A stretch of DNA of 64,000 nucleotides, taken from positions 22,005,415-22,069,414 of the forward strand of contig NC_069004.1 of the NCBI RefSeq assembly GCF_001194135.2, read 5' to 3'. Each line of letters starts with the position of its first letter. Position 1 is the stretch's first letter. The translations under genes and the position numbers were made by a program. The notes beneath the pieces are model-generated. The model did not search any database. It had not been told where the DNA came from and was given only the letters and a program-made list of their open reading frames with translations. Below, one piece after another: positions 62,187-64,000 of the stretch. This DNA is from Octopus bimaculoides (taxonomy: Eukaryota).

Positions 62187-64000
62187 CTAAAAGACAGAAA
62201 ATTAATTGCAATTAAGACACAACATCTAAATTATCAATGACTCTTTATATTTACACCTCAAACTTTCAATACTTTCAAGTCTTGTATCTGTTGGTAAGGT
62301 TCTTTTTTTTTTGTTTTTTACTTGTTTCAGTCAGATTAATCATCCTCAGGACTTATTTTTTTAAAGCCTAGTAGTATCTTATTGGTGTCTTTTGCTGAAT
62401 TGCTAAGTTATGGGGACATAAACACACCGATACTTGTTGTCAAGTGGTGGTGAAGGGACATACACAGACACAAAGACACACACACACACACACATATGAT
62501 AGGCCTCCTCAAGCTTCCATCTACCAAATCCACTCACAAGGCTTTGGTCAGACCAAGGCTTTAGTAGAAAACACTTGTCCAAGGTACCACACGGTGGAAC
62601 TTAACACACACCCATGTAGTTGGGAAGTAAGTTTCTTACCACACAGCTACACCTGCACCTTGTATGTTTGTTTTTTTTGCCAATGGCTTAGATAGAGGGG
62701 GAAGAGCAATGGTTAATTGCTTTTTGCAGGGCACCCGAAACTGAAGTTGAGGAAACAAAAAGGAAGACACCACAATACACAGGATATTGCAATACAAAGT
62801 AATACATCAAAACAGCCAGTTCCTTAGCGACTGTGTATTTAGTCTGGATGATTACAATACAGATTCATAGGTGCAAGTATGGCTGTGTGGTAAGAAATTT
62901 GCTTCTCAATTACATGGTTCTGAGCTCAGACCCACAATGTGGCACCTTGGCTAAGTACCTTCTGCTATAGCCTTGGGCTGACCAAAGCCTTGTGGGTTGA
63001 TTTGGTAAATGAAAACTAAAAGAAGCATAGTACGCGTGTGTGTGAGAGACTCTCTCATTGCCTTGACATCATGTGATAGCTGAGTGTTACCACCAAGAAA
63101 GTGGTGTCCTTTGTTTCCAATCTTCTGTTAAAAACATATCTGGTCATTGGAGAAATATTACCTCAATTGGAAACAAGTCAGGGCTGATAAAAAGAAGGGC
63201 ATCCGACCATAGAATATCTGCTTCAACAAATTCCATCCAGTCCATGCAAGCATGGAAATGTGAATGTTGAAACAATGACTCTGCTGAAGGTTCACAAGGA
63301 CCAGGTGGTGGTGTTTAACTGGATAATGGATTAAGTCTGTTACCCAAAAACGTTTATAGAAGGTTTCTTCTGCTCAAGTTTATTCATAAGACTTGGGTTG
63401 ACCCAAGGCTATTGTAGAAGATACTTGCCCAAAATGTCACATAATATGGGATTGAACCTAGAATCAAAGGACTGCAGATGAACTTGACCACACAGCAATG
63501 TATGTAATGTGATGGTAGTAGCAGCAATATTACAGCTCTAGCAAGGAGAAAGACCAAGGAGGACATATGAAAAGAGGGTGGATTCCCATTTGGTTAACCT
63601 TGGATCTGATAAGAAGGCAGACACAGAAAGTGAAGGGTGACTGATATAAAACAAGAGAAATGTATAATTTACACCAAAAGGGAAAGATAGATACATATAT
63701 ACTAATATATGTTTGTTATATAGGTATTCTTTAAATTCATGTGTTTGATGACCATACAGATCTCTACAAGATTTAAATTAGCAAACCACAGAATATACTT
63801 CAAACAACCAATGTAATATACAAATTTCAATACAGAACATAGAAATTGTAAACTACACGGCTAAAACTGTTTCATCAGACACATTAGTATATCACTTTCT
63901 CATTTGCTGACCATACATTTCATACAAAGAGCCATCACAATTCACTGTAATGAAGCTCAAGAAATAAAATCAGATAGAAAAACATTAGCTGACAGCATTG

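Noticed and set aside
63300-63700. Further upstream ELKS exon
   Set aside because: Candidate acceptors and donors give no coiled-coil frame or matching phase 0 into NAIK; the upstream exon is probably outside the window

Overview
AT-rich, microsatellite- and repeat-dense animal DNA with nine N-gaps. The SINE families and 5S-like sequence suggest an octopus or other coleoid cephalopod (inference). The main gene is the 3' part of an ELKS/ERC/CAST (bruchpilot-related) active-zone scaffold gene on the minus strand. Six coding exons were reconstructed by hand with compatible GT-AG phases (62055-62186, 60290-60450, 57902-58049, 56374-56475, 32352-32525, 17031-17189), ending in a FIP-RBD-like C-terminal domain. 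At the splice junction where vertebrate ERC1 switches between its IWA and FIP-RBD termini, read-through of a weak donor gives an alternative short C-terminus (56284-56373). No IWA exon was found. The introns hold many long inverted structures: an inverted pair of short repeats carrying hammerhead ribozyme motifs, one of them intact and sense to the pre-mRNA about 290 nt before the last exon; a 1.4-kb palindromic Penelope-like (GIY-YIG) remnant with a hammerhead in each arm; and several fold-back MITEs. Also present are a 5S rRNA pseudogene abutting a tRNA-SINE inside a Tc1/mariner remnant, LINE fragments (RTE, CR1-like, CRE-like, Dong/R4), mariner, hAT and TTAA-type MITEs, and a strongly strand-biased SINE cluster. 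A second, unidentified minus-strand gene may occupy 1-9.8 kb (low confidence). All calls were made by eye; repeat boundaries are approximate.
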